Source: Polyangiaceae bacterium (GTDB lineage: Bacteria; Myxococcota_A; Polyangia; Polyangiales; Polyangiaceae). From it: 54,302 bases of DNA. Shown piece after piece: positions 18,328 to 29,892 of this stretch; the stretch's first letter is position 1; every line of letters begins with the position of its first letter. Under the pieces are notes generated by a model. The model saw only the letters and a list, made by a program, of their open reading frames with translations. It ran no database searches and was not told the origin of the DNA. A program made the translations under genes and the position numbers. Location: the NCBI GenBank assembly GCA_044376115.1, contig JBILLK010000043.1:1-54302 (forward strand). The letters are read 5' to 3'.

Positions 18328-18762
18328 CTAGGGCGCTTCTCGGAACGCATCGAAGAGTTCGCTCCAGAGCCTGCGTTCTTCCCCCGTCGCTGCGTGAACG
18401 GGACGGCACTCGGCCTCGTGGTCGGCTTGGTAGCCGGGCGATGCGCAAAGCTGAAAGAGCGGCGGCAACGCGAGGCACAGCTCCAGGAAGACCTGCTGCT
18501 TCGCGAGCGGCGGGGGTCGGTCCGCGTCACCGTAGAAGCGGATGTGATCGCCTAGCGTGTCCTCGCAGGCGCCGGTCGAGCGCACCGGAGCTGCGCCCTG
18601 GGTGTTGATCGTGGCGCTGGGTGGGGCGGTCGCCGCTGCAGTGGGCGAGGGCGGAGTCTCAGCGGCCGCGCGCTCGACGCTTAGCGGCGCTGCCGTGCAC
18701 CCGAGCAGCATCACGAACAGCGCGATGCTGCGCTGACGTAAGGCCGTAGCTTGCGTTGTCAC
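18328..18762 (-). CDS. Hypothetical lipoprotein
   Basis: LLGC lipobox, Pro/Ala linker, four further Cys; GTG start uncertain. Confidence 0.55.
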   Translation of the reverse strand: MTTQATALRQRSIALFVMLLGCTAAPLSVERAAAETPPSPTAAATAPPSATINTQGAAPVRSTGACEDTLGDHIRFYGDADRPPPLAKQQVFLELCLALPPLFQLCASPGYQADHEAECRPVHAATGEERRLWSELFDAFREAP

Positions 18763-18949
18763 GAGCTGCAGTATCGCTCGAAAGTATGGTTGGGGCCAGC
18801 AGTCGGGGAGGGCGCAAACCCGAGTCGACGGGGCCACGATTGCGAGCTTTGCGCGGCGGACCAAGGCGGGATCTCGACGCGTTGACCGAGCCGAAATCCG
18901 AGCGGGGAGACGATTGAGCGCGGCGGGGGTGGGCAATAAGGTCGTCGCC

Positions 18950-19234
18950 ATGAAAGCTCTGCTCCGCTTGATGTCCTGCTGTTTACTCCTCGCGACGACT
19001 CACTGTGCCTCGAAGGATCCGGCGTACGAGACCGCGATGAAGGAGTGGGCGGACAAGGCCTGCAGATGTGCTGGTCCGGCAAACCCGGCGACGGAAGCGT
19101 GCTGGGCCGATTGGCGTAAGACGCCGGAGCCCGAGTTCCCGAAGCACTTCTTGGATGCAGCAATGACCAATCCGAACCACGAGATCGCGAGCCGCTATAG
19201 CGATCAGGTTCGGGCCTGCGGGACGCGCAAGTAG
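18950..19234 (+). CDS. Small Cys-containing lipoprotein
   Basis: Signal peptide ending TTHC; ADKACRC...C motif of small myxobacterial lipoproteins. Confidence 0.6.
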   Translation: MKALLRLMSCCLLLATTHCASKDPAYETAMKEWADKACRCAGPANPATEACWADWRKTPEPEFPKHFLDAAMTNPNHEIASRYSDQVRACGTRK

Positions 19235-19280
19235 CGGCCATTGGCCTACGTAATGCGGCGCACTTCCGACCTTCGCGGGC

Positions 19281-20159
19281 TCAACGAGCGACCAGGTGCA
19301 GTTGCAGCAGCTCCAGGAACACTCTCACCTTCGCCGGTACGCGGCGGCGGCTTGGATACACCGCAAAGAGCGAGCCGCCGGGCATCGCGTATTCGGGTAA
19401 CACGCGCTGCAGCTGACCACGCTCGACTTCTTTTGCAACAAGGACCGGATCGCACATACCAATGCCAAGACCTTGGGTGATGGCAAGCTGCAACACTCCC
19501 AGCTCATTGGCTCGTAACCAGCTGCGCGGCGTAAGCTTCACGCGTTCGTCTTTTGCCCTCAAATCCCAGGGAAGTACGCGCATGCCTGGGGCGAAGGCGA
19601 TGAGGTCGTGCGCCGCGAGGTCTGCGTGGGTCTTTGGCACGCCACGGTTGGCCAAGTAGAAGGGGCTAGCGAACAAGCGGAACTCCTGAGTCATCAGCTT
19701 CCTGGCCACGAGGCTCGAGTCTTCTAGACGTTCACTGCCGCGAAGCGCGAGGTCGAAGCCCTCGCGCACGAGATCCACTTGCCGCTGGGTGATCTCCAGC
19801 TCGAGCTCGACCTCGGGCGCACGAACGCGCAGCTCTGGCAGCACCTTCTCCAAGAAGAACCGCACATCGATAGGAGCGCTTACTCGCAAGGTGCCGCGCG
19901 GGCGTCGCGTATCCTCTCGCGCGGCTCGGCTTGCCTCTTCCAGCGTCTCGATCGCCGGCGCACACCGTTGATAGAGGCGCCGCCCCGCTTCTGTCAGTCG
20001 CACCGCTCGGGTCGTGCGCTCGAGGAGGGTCACCCCAAGCTGCTCCTCGAGCCGGCTAATGCGTTTACTCAGGGTCGAACGAGGCGAAGACAGGAACTTT
20101 GCTGCCGCCGAATAGCCACCGCTGCGGGCCACGATCACGAAGGTGTGCAGGAGGTCCAT
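19281..20159 (-). CDS. LysR-family regulator (CrgA-like)
   Basis: HTH, LLERTTRAVRLTEAG, EGFDLALR and PAKVRVFL. Confidence 0.93.
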   Translation of the reverse strand: MDLLHTFVIVARSGGYSAAAKFLSSPRSTLSKRISRLEEQLGVTLLERTTRAVRLTEAGRRLYQRCAPAIETLEEASRAAREDTRRPRGTLRVSAPIDVRFFLEKVLPELRVRAPEVELELEITQRQVDLVREGFDLALRGSERLEDSSLVARKLMTQEFRLFASPFYLANRGVPKTHADLAAHDLIAFAPGMRVLPWDLRAKDERVKLTPRSWLRANELGVLQLAITQGLGIGMCDPVLVAKEVERGQLQRVLPEYAMPGGSLFAVYPSRRRVPAKVRVFLELLQLHLVAR

Positions 20160-20233
20160 TGTTGAAATTCTGCAACAACCTGGTGCCTTAAACCAGGATG
20201 TCCAACGCGGTGCCGGTGCCTAAGGTGAGTGGC

Positions 20234-21145
20234 ATGAACGCACTCGTAACTGGTGGAACGGATGGGATTGGTAGAGCCGTGGCGCTTGGTCTCGCACGTC
20301 AAAAGCATCGTGTGATCTTCGTGGGCCGCGATCCGGCGCGTGGCGAGGAAACGCTGCGCGAGCTGCAGGCGGTTGCCCCTGGATTGGAGCATCGCTTCAT
20401 TCGCGGCGATCTCTCGCTGCTTCAAGATACGGCGCGCGTTGCAGACGAGGTGGCGGCGACAGCGCCAACCCTCGACGCAGCGGTGTTCTGCGCCGGCAAC
20501 TTTGCGCTCGTTCCCGAGTGGACGTCCGAGCAACTCGAGCGCAGCTTCGTGCTCAACTACTTGTCTCGTCACCTGCTCGCACGCCGTCTACTGCCGTTGC
20601 TGGAACGCGCGCCGTCGGGTCGCCTCGTGCTCGTCGCAAACGCCGGTAAGTACCCCGACTCACTCGACCTCGACGATCTTCAACATCGAAGGGGCAAGCC
20701 GGGCATCGCCGTCGCGGGCCGCGGCCAATTCGCAAACGACTTCCTGGCGCGGTCGCTCGCGGAGCGCACGAGCGTCGAGGTGACGTGCGTATTTCCGGGC
20801 GTGGTCCGCACCGACGTGATCAAAAAAGGGGTCGGTGTCCCTTGGTACATCCGCATGGTGCTTCCGATCGTGAAGCTGTTTGCGCTAGCGCCTGAAGTTG
20901 CCGCCCTTACGCCGGTGCACCTCGCTACGTCACCAGACGCACGTGGCACCAGCGGCAAGTTCTTTGGCCCGCGCCTCAAGCCGCAGCCCATCTCCGCCGC
21001 AGCCCAAAACAGTGAGCGACGCGAGCGACTGTGGAGCCTCGCCGAGGCGATCCTGCAGCCATTCCTCGCTACCTACAAAACGCTCGACCAGCCGAGGACT
21101 GCGACGAGCGCCAAGGGGAAACTCGAAGCTGGAGCTTCCGCGTGA
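20234..21145 (+). CDS. Short-chain dehydrogenase/reductase (retinol-DH/WWOX-like)
   Basis: ALVTGGTDGIG and FPGVVRTD; ERLW C-terminus; start 20198 or 20234. Confidence 0.85.
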   Translation: MNALVTGGTDGIGRAVALGLARQKHRVIFVGRDPARGEETLRELQAVAPGLEHRFIRGDLSLLQDTARVADEVAATAPTLDAAVFCAGNFALVPEWTSEQLERSFVLNYLSRHLLARRLLPLLERAPSGRLVLVANAGKYPDSLDLDDLQHRRGKPGIAVAGRGQFANDFLARSLAERTSVEVTCVFPGVVRTDVIKKGVGVPWYIRMVLPIVKLFALAPEVAALTPVHLATSPDARGTSGKFFGPRLKPQPISAAAQNSERRERLWSLAEAILQPFLATYKTLDQPRTATSAKGKLEAGASA

Positions 21146-21158
21146 AAGCTCAACGCGC

Positions 21159-22733
<1,575 letters not shown>

Positions 22734-22818
22734 ACCGCGGCGACTTTACCACGCAAAGCGAGCAACCCTGCGCGTTCGGGCGCGCTTGCCAACATGCACC
22801 AGACGGACCGCCGAGCGT

Positions 22819-23820
22819 TCACGGCCCTTCGATGTTCTTGCCGTCCTTCTTCCCAGTGACCTTCGTTCCGCTGAAGGAGACCTTCGCGTTTTGCGTCGTC
22901 GTCTTCGCTGCGGCCTCTTTGCCGGTGACGCTGCCACCCTTCACGGTGACGACGGCGTTGCCTTCGGCGACGATGCCGATCGCAGCGTCGAGGTTGACGT
23001 CGGTGAGTTCGAGCTTGCAGTTGCCGCTCGCGGTCACGGCCGTGCCCTTGTCGAACTTCGCGCTGACGCCGCTGATCGTGAGCTTGTCGTTGCCGCCGCA
23101 CTTGAACGGCTCCTTGCCGTCCCAAGTCGCGGACTTGCCGGACTTGCCGTCGGCCTTGTCGCTCGCCGTGGCGCCGGTGCCCGTACTCGGGTTCTTGTAC
23201 TCGCGGTAGACATACCAAGCCAAGCCCGCGAGCCCGAGGAGCACCAGAACCACGATGACTGCGCCGATCCCCCACCAGATCAGCTCGCTCTTGGCCTTCT
23301 CGATGCCTTGCTTCGCAAGCCCGTCTGAATCGAAGCCCTTGTCCGAGCTGCCCTGCAGCTTGAAGCCGCCGATCTCGACCGTCGCCTTCACCTCGTAGTT
23401 GCGTGGATCCATCCGCTCTTGCGCGATCTGCGCCATGCGGTTCTGCATCTGCGTGTGCGGATCAGGCGGAAGCGCGCCTTGGGATCCTGCCTGTGCCGCG
23501 GGCTGCTGCACCTGTACCGCTAGCTCGAGCTGCTGCACGGTCACACCGTGCTGCGCAACGCCGCTAGCCGCGATGATCTCCTGCACGTAGTACGGGAGGC
23601 TCTGCGCGAGCGTGGGTAACGCGACCTGATTGGTTGAGAGCTTCTGACTGAGCACGCGCTGCGTGGCTTGCATCAGCGCGTGCGCGATCTGCGGCGCGAG
23701 TGTGTTTGGATCGCCGTGCGCGACGAACGTGAACCGGCCCTGCGCCATCGCAGCCAGCTGCTGACCCGTCGTTGGATCAGGGAGAGTACCGATGGGACCG
23801 CTGAGTTGACCGTTGAACAC
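22819..23820 (-). CDS. Hypothetical single-pass membrane protein with beta-rich C-terminal domain
   Basis: Gln-rich N-terminus, TM helix (WWGIGAVIVVLVLL), and Gly/Thr/Lys beta-repeat C-terminus. Confidence 0.75.
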   Translation of the reverse strand: MFNGQLSGPIGTLPDPTTGQQLAAMAQGRFTFVAHGDPNTLAPQIAHALMQATQRVLSQKLSTNQVALPTLAQSLPYYVQEIIAASGVAQHGVTVQQLELAVQVQQPAAQAGSQGALPPDPHTQMQNRMAQIAQERMDPRNYEVKATVEIGGFKLQGSSDKGFDSDGLAKQGIEKAKSELIWWGIGAVIVVLVLLGLAGLAWYVYREYKNPSTGTGATASDKADGKSGKSATWDGKEPFKCGGNDKLTISGVSAKFDKGTAVTASGNCKLELTDVNLDAAIGIVAEGNAVVTVKGGSVTGKEAAAKTTTQNAKVSFSGTKVTGKKDGKNIEGP

Positions 23821-23880
23821 GCCGCCATCCTAGGCCGCATCGCGTACCAAGCGTGGAAACCGCAGAGTGAATCTGGTTAA

Positions 23881-24537
23881 GTGAGGACGATGAGCTCGGA
23901 TTCCGCCAAGGAACGTGTCCAGCGCGCGGCGCTCGAAGGGTTCGCCGCGGACGGCTTGTGGGGGCTGAACCTCGCTGACGTCCGGCGGCGGAGTGGAATC
24001 TCGACCGGGAGTCTCTATCACCACTTCCCGAACGGCCTCGAGCAGGTGCTGCTCGCGATCTACGAGAAGGCGGTCGCGGAGGTGCATCGCACGGTCATAG
24101 AAGCAATCGACGAACAGACGTCGTTCGAGGGGTGCTTCCGGACGGCAGTCAGCGGGTACCTCGCGTGGCACGCCGAGCACCCGACCGAGAGCGATCTCGT
24201 GATCACCGTTTCCAATAGGGGGTTTCCGAGTTTTGTGTCCCTGCTGCGCGAGCGGGATCGCGTGTTCGCGGCCGCAGTGCTGGACCGTCTCGAAGGCCAC
24301 GCCAGCCGGCAGCAGCTCACGCTCGCGAGCCGGGCGTTGCTGCTGCCCATCTTGCTCGGGACTTCGCGTGCCGTCGTTCACGACTGGGCGAGCGAAGGCC
24401 GTGATCCGGCTGACCGACGGCGCATCGCAAGGGAGCTTCCCCTCGCACTCTTGCGGGCATGCGTCGTTGAGAGCGTCGCGCCGCGCGCGGAAGTCGCCCG
24501 TCCCCGTCGCGTTCGGAAAGCGGGACCTGCGAGATGA
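23881..24537 (+). CDS. TetR-family regulator
   Basis: LADVRRRSGISTGSLYHHFPNG HTH. Confidence 0.88.
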   Translation: MRTMSSDSAKERVQRAALEGFAADGLWGLNLADVRRRSGISTGSLYHHFPNGLEQVLLAIYEKAVAEVHRTVIEAIDEQTSFEGCFRTAVSGYLAWHAEHPTESDLVITVSNRGFPSFVSLLRERDRVFAAAVLDRLEGHASRQQLTLASRALLLPILLGTSRAVVHDWASEGRDPADRRRIARELPLALLRACVVESVAPRAEVARPRRVRKAGPAR

Positions 24538-24576
24538 CCGTCCTTCGCATCGGAGGATTCGCTTTGCGCATTGGGT

Positions 24577-24608
24577 ACTAGACATATCGTCTAGACGAAG
24601 AGTCTAGT
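24577..24608. promoter_or_regulatory. Overlapping tandem palindromic operator
   Basis: CTAGAC-N5-GTCTAG at 24578-24594 and again at 24591-24607, sharing a central CTAG. Confidence 0.65.
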
Positions 24609-24626
24609 GCGTGGCAGCATCATGGA

Positions 24627-25529
24627 ATGGAGCCGCTGGCATCTTCTGTTCGGGCGAGCGACGGTCAGCCGATCGCGGTGCGTTGGTTCGAAGCGTCGAA
24701 GACGGCGCGGCGAGGCGTGACTGTCGTGGTTGCGCCGGGAACGGCGATCCCGCAGCGCTTCTATGGGAGCTTCGCCGCGTACCTCGCGGAGAACGGATTC
24801 GACACGATTACCTTCGACTTCCGCACCGTGGGTGAGTCGAAGGTCGCCGACCTCCGAACGACGGACAGCACCTACGTCCACTGGGGCACGCTCGATTTTC
24901 CGGCGGTGATCGACATGTGCCGCGAGCGTTTCTCCGGCCAGCCGATCTACGTCGTTGGGCACAGCGCCGGCGCTTGGCTCCTCGCGATCCATCCTCGTCA
25001 CCGCGCGATCGCTGGGCTGCTCGCCATCTCGTCGATGAGCGGGTACTGGGGGGACATCGGTCGGCCCGATCGGTACAAGCAATGGCTCACGTGGACCGCG
25101 CTGATTCCGGTCGTGACGAGGCTGTGGGGATATGTCCCGGGGAGCTTCGGGCTTGGGCAGGACATGCCGTCGTCTCACATGCGGCAGTGGGCGCGCTGGT
25201 GCCTCGATCCGCAGTTCATGTTCGCTGATCCCGAGGTCCGAGCGCTCGATGTCTCGGCCGAGTATCGCGGTCGGCTCGGCGTCGTGCTGGTTGAGGACGA
25301 CAACTGGGCGCGCCCGCGGGCCGTTCGAGCCGTCTACGATCGCTTCGTTCGCGCCGAGACGAGCACGCTGGAGGTCGGCCGGGCGAATACGGCGGGCCAG
25401 GCGATTGGGCACTTCGGATTCTTCCGCCCGAAGTTCCGAGATTCGCTATGGCCGGTGGCGCTCGAATGGCTCATCCAGGCCTCGCGTGACGCCGGGGATT
25501 CGCCTGCGCGCGCCTCGGATGCGATCTGA
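24627..25529 (+). CDS. Alpha/beta hydrolase (COG4757-like)
   Basis: FYGSFAAYLA, WGTLDF, nucleophile elbow VGHSAG and IGHFGFFR. Confidence 0.88.
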   Translation: MEPLASSVRASDGQPIAVRWFEASKTARRGVTVVVAPGTAIPQRFYGSFAAYLAENGFDTITFDFRTVGESKVADLRTTDSTYVHWGTLDFPAVIDMCRERFSGQPIYVVGHSAGAWLLAIHPRHRAIAGLLAISSMSGYWGDIGRPDRYKQWLTWTALIPVVTRLWGYVPGSFGLGQDMPSSHMRQWARWCLDPQFMFADPEVRALDVSAEYRGRLGVVLVEDDNWARPRAVRAVYDRFVRAETSTLEVGRANTAGQAIGHFGFFRPKFRDSLWPVALEWLIQASRDAGDSPARASDAI

Positions 25530-25886
25530 GCGCGCGGTACGCCTTGCGCGTCTTAGTGCCGCCTCTGCGGGCGCCGTTACTTCTTTCGAGAAAAGACTCG
25601 CTTGACTTCGTCAGAACCTAACTGTCGTTGGCTGCTCCTTCCTTCGCTTAGAGCTGCAGCTCGATCGGAAGCGCGCGTGAGGGCGACTCTGATAGCCTTC
25701 GCTAGTGATGCCGACGCTCCAGATGCTGCCTGAGGGGCTCCTGTACGTGTGCGGCACAAAGGAGTTCGTCGATACGGTCGAGGAAGCTGTCTCCTTCCAC
25801 CGCGCGCACCGCTCAGAGCGCGCGACTGGCGGTGCAGGTTGAGTCCACGCGAGTCGACGCAGGATATCTCGCGCACGTCCCCGTCG

Positions 25887-27377
25887 ATGCGCGAGACGCG
25901 CGCCCAGCAACAGGACCTTTGGCGAGCGGACGCAGCCTTCCGCTCGACGCGCTTACCGCGCCTGCTCGCTCTCCCGCTCGTCGCGTGGTTGCTCCCCATC
26001 CCGCTCGACTTCCTGCGGGGCGCCGACGTCTACGGCTCGTCGCTGCGTGCGGCCCTCGTGACCCGGTGCGCCGGCGCCGCCGCGCTTGCCCTGATTTGGC
26101 TCTTTGGACGTCGCGCCCAGCTCGCCCGGCCCCACCACGCCGAGTGGCTCCTCGGGCTCGTCATGACGAGCATGACCGCGCCCCTCGGCGTACTCGCCGG
26201 GCTCGCGGAGAACCTCAGCCTTACGCCATGGATGGGCGCCGGGCTCGTGATGAGCGCGCCCGCCTTCCTCTACCAGTCGTGGCAGCGCACGGTGCGCCCC
26301 GTGCTTGTGAGCCTCGGTGCCTTTCTGCTCGGGGTGCCCGTGAGTCGCGCCGTGCTCGGAGCAACGCCTGGCGAACTCTCGCCGCTCTTGTTCGGCGCGT
26401 CGATGCTTGGCCTCGCCGCCGCGCTCGCCATCGCCGGTGGGCACCTCAACCACGCGCTGCGGCAGCAGGTCCTGCGAACACAAAGCCTTGGGAAGTACGA
26501 GCTCGAGCGACGCATCGGACGCGGCGGAATGGGCGAGGTCTGGTCCGCGCGCCACCCGGGCCTGCGGCGGAGCGTCGCGCTCAAGGTGCTCAGCGACGTG
26601 GACGCCCCTTCGCGCGCGCGCTTCGAGCGCGAGGTCGCCGCGCTCTCGGAGCTCCGCCACCCAAACACGGTGCGCGTGCTCGACTACGGTGCGACCGAGA
26701 ACGGCACCGCCTTCTTCGCAATGGAGCTGCTCGTCGGCCCGACGCTCGCGGAGGTCGTGGAGGAGAGCGGACCCCTCGCGCCCGCCCGGGTAGCCCACAT
26801 CGGCAGGCAAATCGGCCGGGCGCTCGGCGAGGCCCACGCCAAGGGCATGGCCCACCGCGACATCAAGCCAGCGAACCTCATCCTCGCGGATGCCGGCGGT
26901 GAGCCCGACTTCGTCAAGATCATCGACTTCGGGATCGTGCGCATGGACACAGGGCGTGCGCCCCACGTCGACGAGGAGCTCGTAGGCACCCCGAAGTACA
27001 TGGCGCCGGAAGTGGTCGCGGGCGCCTCCACGGGCGACGCTCGAAGCGACGTCTACGCCCTCGGCGCCGTGATGTTCTTCCTGCTCACGGGCACACCGCC
27101 CTTCGTCGCCGATAGCACCGCGGGTGTGCTCGTCGCGCACCTCAAGCAGACCGTGCCGATGCCGAGCCGCCGCGTCGGCACCCTGCCCGCAGCCCTCGAG
27201 GCGCTCGTGCTCCGCTGCCTTTCGAAGAACCCCGCCGACCGCCCTCAAGACGGCCTCGAGCTCGCCCGCGCCCTCGAGGCCCTCGACCCGGCGTCCCTCC
27301 GCGAGATGAGCCCACCGAAGACGCAGCGTTCGGCAGCTCCTGCTCCCGCCGACACGACCGAGAGGATACCGCGCTGA
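25887..27377 (+). CDS. Ser/Thr protein kinase with N-terminal multi-TM domain
   Basis: About 5-6 hydrophobic helices, then GRGGMGEV, VALK, HRDIKPAN, DFG and APE; start uncertain. Confidence 0.9.
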   Translation: MRETRAQQQDLWRADAAFRSTRLPRLLALPLVAWLLPIPLDFLRGADVYGSSLRAALVTRCAGAAALALIWLFGRRAQLARPHHAEWLLGLVMTSMTAPLGVLAGLAENLSLTPWMGAGLVMSAPAFLYQSWQRTVRPVLVSLGAFLLGVPVSRAVLGATPGELSPLLFGASMLGLAAALAIAGGHLNHALRQQVLRTQSLGKYELERRIGRGGMGEVWSARHPGLRRSVALKVLSDVDAPSRARFEREVAALSELRHPNTVRVLDYGATENGTAFFAMELLVGPTLAEVVEESGPLAPARVAHIGRQIGRALGEAHAKGMAHRDIKPANLILADAGGEPDFVKIIDFGIVRMDTGRAPHVDEELVGTPKYMAPEVVAGASTGDARSDVYALGAVMFFLLTGTPPFVADSTAGVLVAHLKQTVPMPSRRVGTLPAALEALVLRCLSKNPADRPQDGLELARALEALDPASLREMSPPKTQRSAAPAPADTTERIPR

Positions 27378-27387
27378 GGGCGGCGCC

Positions 27388-29892
27388 TTAGTGCCCACCT
27401 CGGCGGACGTGCGAGAGCGCGAGGATGTCGGCAAGGACGCCGGCGGCCGTAACCGCGCCACCTGCTCCCGAGCCTTGCACGACGAGCGGGTGATCGGCGT
27501 AGCGCTCGGTGGTGAAGGTGAGCTGCGCACCGGCGCCGCGCAGGCTGGCTGCGGGGTGGTCCGCCGCGATGAAGGTCGGGCCGACCGTGACCGCGGCTCT
27601 CTCGCCTGCGCCCTGCTTGCAGTCGATGGTGGCGAGATAGCGTAGGGCTCGGCCGGCCCGTTGTTGCTCGCGTAGCTGCGCGGCAAAGGCTTCATCGTAG
27701 GCTTCGAGCGCTGCGAAGAACGAAGGCAGGTCGTCGTGCACCAGCAGCCGCTCCGGCACGAAGGGCACCACCGTGATATCGGCGAGGTCCAGCGAAAGGC
27801 CGAGCTCGCGGGCCAAGATCAGCGCTTTACGCGCGACGTCGGTGCCGGCGAGATCTTCGCGCGGGTGCGGCTCGGTGTAGCCGCGCGCATGGGCCTCACG
27901 CACCGCCGCGGAGAGCTTCACGCCCTTGCTGAGCTCGCACGCGAGATAGCCGAGCGTCCCCGAAAGCGAGCCCTCGATGCGAAACACCCGATCGCCGGTG
28001 CGTACCAAGTTCCGCAGCGTCTCGACCACCGGCAGACTTGCGCCCACGGTGGTCTCGTAGCGCAGCGTGCGATGCGCCTTTCGTGCGGCGTCAAACAGCG
28101 CGGTGCGTTCCTTCATCGGGGCGGAGAGCGGCTTCTTGTTGGCCGTCACCACGTGAATGCCGCGCGCGAGCGCAGCCGCATACAGCTCCGCCATACCGTC
28201 CGCCGCGGTGCAGTCCACCAGCACCGCCGACGGCAAATGCGCCAGCCGATCGAGCAGCGGCAAGAGTTCGGCGGGCGCCGTGCTGGTGCTGAGCGCCGCT
28301 CGCGCGTGGCTCGGCGTCAACGTGCGTTCATCGAAGACCACGGTGCGTCGATCGGCGAGCCCGACCAGCCGCAGATCCACGTCATGGTTCGCGAGGCGCG
28401 CGTCACGCGTGGCCTCGAGCTGCGCGAGCACCTGGCTTCCCACCGTGCCTTTGCCGAGCACGAGCAGGTGCATCCGCTCGGGGGCGAGGTTCATCACCGC
28501 GTGCACCGCGCGCACCGCAGCATGAAGGTCGGCTTGGTCCACCACGCAGGAGATCGCCCGCGATGAGGCTCCTTGCGATGAAGCCCGTACGCAGATGCCG
28601 GAGGCGCCGATGGCTGCGAAGAAGCGGCCTGCGACGTTGGGCGTGCGTCCCATCGCCTCGGCCACCAAGGTGACGATCGCCACGCCGTCGACCGTTCGGG
28701 TCGCGGCGATCGCGCCGAGGGCCTCGTTGATCGCAGCCTGGGCGCGCGCCGCCACCTCGGCCCGGACGACGAGGGCGACGCCTTGCCCGTGTGCGGCCAG
28801 CGCGGTGAGCCACACGTCGATGTTCGTCGCAGCCAGCGCGCCGAGCGCCAGCGCTGCGACGTTGTGCGCCCCGCTCTCGCGCTTCACTTCGACGTCGAGC
28901 AACGTCATGCCCTCGAGCGACGCGATGCAGGTCGGACGCCGTTCGTTCGCGTCGCCGACGCCATCGACGCGCGTACCGGCGGCTTCGGCGTGCATCGTAT
29001 CAACGATGGTCATCGGGATGTCGGCGTTGGCCAGCGGCAGCACGGTGCGCGGATGCAGCATGCGCAGGCCGAGGCCGGCGAGCTCGAGCGCCTCGTGGTA
29101 GGTGAGCCGCGGCACGGTGTACGCCTCGGCGACGATCGCTGGGTCCGCGGTCATCACGCCGGGCACGTCGGTAAAGACGGTGAGCTCGGCGGCCCCGACG
29201 GTAGAGGCCAGCAACGCGGCCGTGTAGTCGGAGCCGTTGCGTCCGAGCGTCGTGGTCTCTCCGCGCGCGGTCCTACCGATGAAGCCGGTGTGAACCGTAA
29301 TCGGGCGGCCCTCGCCGAACCATTCGTCGAGGCTCGTGGCGACGTTCGCTTTGGTCTCCGCCTCCAGCGCGCTCGCGTCACCGAAGCGTTCGTCGGTGCT
29401 GAGCCAGCCGCGCGCATCGACCCGCACCGCCGGTAGGCCCGTCTGGCTGAGCACGTATGCCACAAAAGCGGCCGATAGCAGCTCACCGTGGGCCAGCACT
29501 TGATCGCGTCGCTTCGGGCAGTCTTCGCGCGTGCGTGCGATCGGCTCGAGCGTCTTCTGCAGCTGCGCGAGCTCGGTCCCGAGCAGCGTTGTAAGACCGG
29601 TGCCGCGCACTCCGCGTACCGCGAGCGCTCCAGCCGCGGCCTCGAGCGCGATCATGGCGATCTTCTCGATGCGGGCGCTGACCGCGGTAGCGTCACCGCG
29701 CAGCGCCTCCTCGTAGGCCGCAAGCAGCTCATCGGTGGTGTCTCCGAAGGCGCTGACCACCACCGCGAGCGGCGCTTTTGCGGCCTCTCGGGCGATGATC
29801 TCGAGCGCGCGAGAAAGGCTCGCGGCGCGACCGACGGTGGAGCCGCCGAACTTGAGTACGCGGGGTTTGGGCTGATTCGATACGAACGTCAT
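27388..29892 (-). CDS. thrA: Bifunctional aspartokinase / homoserine dehydrogenase (ThrA/MetL type)
   Basis: KFGGSTV, TLGRNGSDY, DVPGVMTADP, ACT domains, GKGTVG, VTANKK, YETTVGASLP and GYTEPHPREDL. Confidence 0.93.
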   Translation of the reverse strand: MTFVSNQPKPRVLKFGGSTVGRAASLSRALEIIAREAAKAPLAVVVSAFGDTTDELLAAYEEALRGDATAVSARIEKIAMIALEAAAGALAVRGVRGTGLTTLLGTELAQLQKTLEPIARTREDCPKRRDQVLAHGELLSAAFVAYVLSQTGLPAVRVDARGWLSTDERFGDASALEAETKANVATSLDEWFGEGRPITVHTGFIGRTARGETTTLGRNGSDYTAALLASTVGAAELTVFTDVPGVMTADPAIVAEAYTVPRLTYHEALELAGLGLRMLHPRTVLPLANADIPMTIVDTMHAEAAGTRVDGVGDANERRPTCIASLEGMTLLDVEVKRESGAHNVAALALGALAATNIDVWLTALAAHGQGVALVVRAEVAARAQAAINEALGAIAATRTVDGVAIVTLVAEAMGRTPNVAGRFFAAIGASGICVRASSQGASSRAISCVVDQADLHAAVRAVHAVMNLAPERMHLLVLGKGTVGSQVLAQLEATRDARLANHDVDLRLVGLADRRTVVFDERTLTPSHARAALSTSTAPAELLPLLDRLAHLPSAVLVDCTAADGMAELYAAALARGIHVVTANKKPLSAPMKERTALFDAARKAHRTLRYETTVGASLPVVETLRNLVRTGDRVFRIEGSLSGTLGYLACELSKGVKLSAAVREAHARGYTEPHPREDLAGTDVARKALILARELGLSLDLADITVVPFVPERLLVHDDLPSFFAALEAYDEAFAAQLREQQRAGRALRYLATIDCKQGAGERAAVTVGPTFIAADHPAASLRGAGAQLTFTTERYADHPLVVQGSGAGGAVTAAGVLADILALSHVRRGGH

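Noticed and set aside
25530..25880. Possible small gene in the gap before the TM kinase
   Set aside because: There are only short ORFs without coding-like composition or recognisable motifs.
25953..27695. Long antisense or alternative-frame ORFs (also 12141-13463, 38311-39438, 44423-45637)
   Set aside because: These are shadow ORFs expected in high-GC DNA overlapping well-supported genes.
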